Assembly (NCBI RefSeq): GCF_001186125.1
Contig: NW_014040002.1
Location: forward strand, 26,859 to 60,254
Length of the DNA: 33,396 bases
Origin: Sphaeroforma arctica JP610
Taxonomy: Eukaryota
Direction: 5' to 3'
The notes beneath the pieces were generated by a model that did no database searches, was not told where the DNA came from, and worked only from the letters and a program-made list of their open reading frames with translations. Position 1 is the stretch's first letter, and the number at the start of each line of letters is the position of its first letter. The position numbers and the translations under genes were made by a program. Below are positions 30,479 through 33,396 of this stretch, piece after piece.

Positions 30479-33301
30479 CTACCCTATCCTATACACACTC
30501 ACAATAGAATCAGCACCACCGGCTGCCAGAACCGTCTCGTGCGGATGAAATGTGAGGCAATTGACCGGGCCTATGCGTTGGCCTAAGAAGCCTTCGTGGT
30601 ATTGCACTGTCGACAGCGGTCGCCCGTCTGCTTGGTACGAGAGTACCAGTTCTTGGAACCTCGTGCCGCTATGGTTGGGAGAGGGAATATTGTCATCAGC
30701 TATGGAGTTGGGACGTTATATCCAAGGAACATTTATGTGAGAAACTCTGAGGCGTGTACAACTAACGTAAAAACGTAAAAAGTAAAGTAATTGATAATCT
30801 CCCATGCGTGTACAACTATCGTAAAAACGTAGAAAGTAAAGTAATTGATTTCAGGCGTATACAACTAACGTAAAAACGTAAAAGGTAAAGTAATTGTTAA
30901 TCTCTCAGGCGTGCATAACTTACGTTAAAATGTATAAATGTAAAATGAAAAATGAAGAGACTCGGCGTGTACAACAATCATTAAAATAAACCCGTGAAAA
31001 TCCGCACTATCGTCGGCATCGTGCCACATCATATAGAGCGGGATACCGGACACTCACACTCAGGCGCGTGATGGCTTCGAGCATGGTCTCAACCATGCCA
31101 CGAACGAACGGATGTAACACCAAGAGTCCATGCCATGGATAATGTCATACGGGGTATACAGCATACGAAGCGTGATTAAAGGACTTGCGTTTGCACGATA
31201 ACACGTTTATAAGACATGTCGCATGCGTGTCTTCGAACGCCCTGTTTTGTATCCCCACCCCCACCAAACAGTCATTGACACAAACAACCCCCCAATACAC
31301 AAGTGTTCATTGACACAAACAACCCCCAATACACACGAGATCATTGCATACCTCGCAATCAACGGCGCATAGTTGTGGATGGCCAGTGCAGACATCTGTT
31401 GATTCGGCGAGTGCGCAACGGACGACAAAACATTATGTCCCTTTCGCAGGTCCCACTGCTTGATCGCCCCATCAACACTGCGATACCAAATAAAAATAAC
31501 GTACATATATGTAAACATATGTGTGGTGTGCAGAGAAGTCCGTTTGTAAGTGTTATACCAAGTCGTGGCCGTGGTGATGGTTCTTACCCGAGGGTTTAAA
31601 CCCGGCCCTCTCGAGTGACAGGCACACCCGTGTCACGAATCTATCCAAGGTATATAAACCCAAATGTCAAATAACACTTGTATGGGTTGGTTCGTTCGTT
31701 CGTTTTCGTCAAAGCCCACGATTGCCCGCTATGCAGTTCCGCTTCGCAGTTTGTGAGTTTCAGCCGGAAACCCCCTATATATGAATATACAAGACCCCCC
31801 TGAACAACTGTTGGACTTGTCTGTGTACACACAATCTGTGTAGATGTGTAATGTGCGTAAATATGTATTCAACCAGTACGCGCAGTCAAGTGAAAGTGTG
31901 CAGATACTGAGAGGACTGCTCAACACTCGAGCCCCCAACTCGATGAGCTGAAAGATCTAGACACGTGTGCATGAAGATCACATAGATGTTAATAAGTGTC
32001 AATGTATATATTACTTAGGTTCTCTTGTTCTCTGTGAATCGATTCAATCATAGTGTGAAAGTCTTCCCACCTGGTGAAGTGCATGACATGCAGCGTACAC
32101 ACCAGAGATACCCACATCAATAGAGTCCGATTGTGTTTCGATAATAGTGAATTATTAAAGTGCATAATATACCAAATACGCCCCAAAAAAATAGACACAA
32201 TCATGGTATGTAACCTCAGGGATAGACACACTAATAGGGCCCGACTGTGTCTCGATTAGAGAGGATTATTGGGACATACACCGTGATACAACTGGAGAGC
32301 ACCAGTGAGCAATCATGATGTACAGTTTTACTGTAAGCTGATAGACAACTTGCAAGCTGGGGGCACCCCAAGATCAGCCGCGGGAAGAATAATATGAACA
32401 CTCCTTCTTCAACTATCCGAACAAATACTGTACACCTGTGTGTGCTCATAAATATTGATATATACAGCTCAACATAAATATGTTTGTAATAGTAGCCTGA
32501 TCATAGATCTTACCTGCCAGACACTAACATGCCATTAGAGTTAGATTGAATTCTGGTCTTTAGCACCCATGACTGGTGGTCCGATAAGGTCATCACCGCG
32601 CGACTGTTGCGCACGTCGTACAGGCAAACTGAGCCTGAAAGCGCGTTGAGAGTAGAGCAAGTGTGTTATGTATGTTTCCACCTGTATATGTGGTTGTACC
32701 AGGCGTTCTACAGACAAAACGAGCCTACGAAAGTGTTATTAAGACGCGAGGAGACGTGTTTTAGCCTGTATACATACACACATAGTTCAACCGTAGTATC
32801 GGCTCCTTCTGAGATATGTAGTGGTGCAGTGCCTCCATGTGCGCGCGCATTCGCTAGAGCTGCTATACCACCATACAAAAAACACTCATGAAATTCTGAC
32901 GCATAGTCACGTCCACTTCCGAGTATATAAACTGCGCGCCCCCACACAAGTGACGATAAGTCCATTTGTACAACATTCAGGTCCATCCATCTGGGCAAAC
33001 CGGCCCCAATATGTGAGAGAGAGAGAGAGAAAATACCTACCCGAGCCAAACCCGCACACCAGCAGCGACTCGTGAAAGGGAGCGTGGGACAACGAGCTCA
33101 CACACACGCTATCACTGCCTGTCTCTATCAGCTGTGTGCACTTCTCATATGCGGCGTCCCATAGGGAGACCACGGACCAATCTCCGGCACTGACGAGCAT
33201 CTCAGAATGGGCGCACCAGTCAATCAGCATACCCGCTTCTTTGGCGGCGAAACAGGGCACGTCGGCCAACCCTCGCCACGCCGTGACTATCTCTTGCGCA
33301 C
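30479..33301 (-). CDS. RPTOR: Regulatory-associated protein of TOR (Raptor/KOG1/Mip1), C-terminal WD40 exons; 5' part lies outside the window
   Basis: Exons 33301-33041, 32634-32514, 31477-31352, 30668-30479 splice in frame through GT..AG introns. Translation includes EIVTAWRGL...LLVCGFGSGSVCLYDVR...SVDGAIKQWDLR...MSALAIHNYAPLIASG...YHEGFLGQRIGPVNCLTFHPHETVLAAGGADSIVSVYRIG*, matching the Raptor C-terminal signature. Two of these exons are missing from the ORF track. Confidence 0.92.
30750..30990. repeat. Degenerate 47-57 bp tandem repeat (GGCGTGTACAACTAACGTAAAAACGTAAAAAGTAAAGTAATTG...), 4-5 copies, in the last Raptor intron
   Basis: The core gcgtgtacaac...gtaaaaacgta...gtaaagtaattg recurs near 30751, 30806, 30854, 30908 and 30964. 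Confidence 0.85.
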
Positions 33302-33396
33302 CTGTATTATGAAGCGATGGTCCGATTTAGTGGGAAACATATGAATTATAGACAAGTTACATTGTACATGCAATCATATCTATTTATATACTTATA

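Noticed and set aside
28585..30507. Short ORFs as a missing APS kinase, Met8, thioredoxin or cysteine synthase
   Set aside because: No P-loop, Rossmann GxGxxG, WCGPC or PLP-lysine motif in the listed translations.
32100..32285. Degenerate direct repeat (about 115-bp period) in a Raptor intron, as a mobile element
   Set aside because: Only two diverged copies, with no terminal repeats or target-site duplication seen.

Overview
Eukaryotic, intron-containing genomic DNA with GT-AG introns, (TA)n/(TATG)n microsatellites and one 820-N assembly gap. The fungal-type sulfite reductase subunits suggest a unicellular opisthokont or other microbial eukaryote (inference; the organism cannot be fixed from sequence alone). 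About 25 kb (2290-27460) holds five neighbouring genes that together cover assimilatory sulfate reduction from uptake to sulfide: sulfite reductase beta (MET5-like, minus, 5 exons), an intronless APS/PAPS reductase::ATP sulfurylase fusion (minus), a stand-alone uroporphyrinogen-III C-methyltransferase for siroheme synthesis (plus), an SLC13-family permease with TrkA-C domains (minus, 3 exons), and sulfite reductase alpha (MET10-like, plus, 3 exons). No APS kinase is seen in the cluster. The right end holds the last four exons of a convergent, intron-rich Raptor/KOG1 gene. The main candidate for a new system is this operon-like, intron-poor eukaryotic sulfate-assimilation cluster built around a reductase-sulfurylase fusion enzyme.
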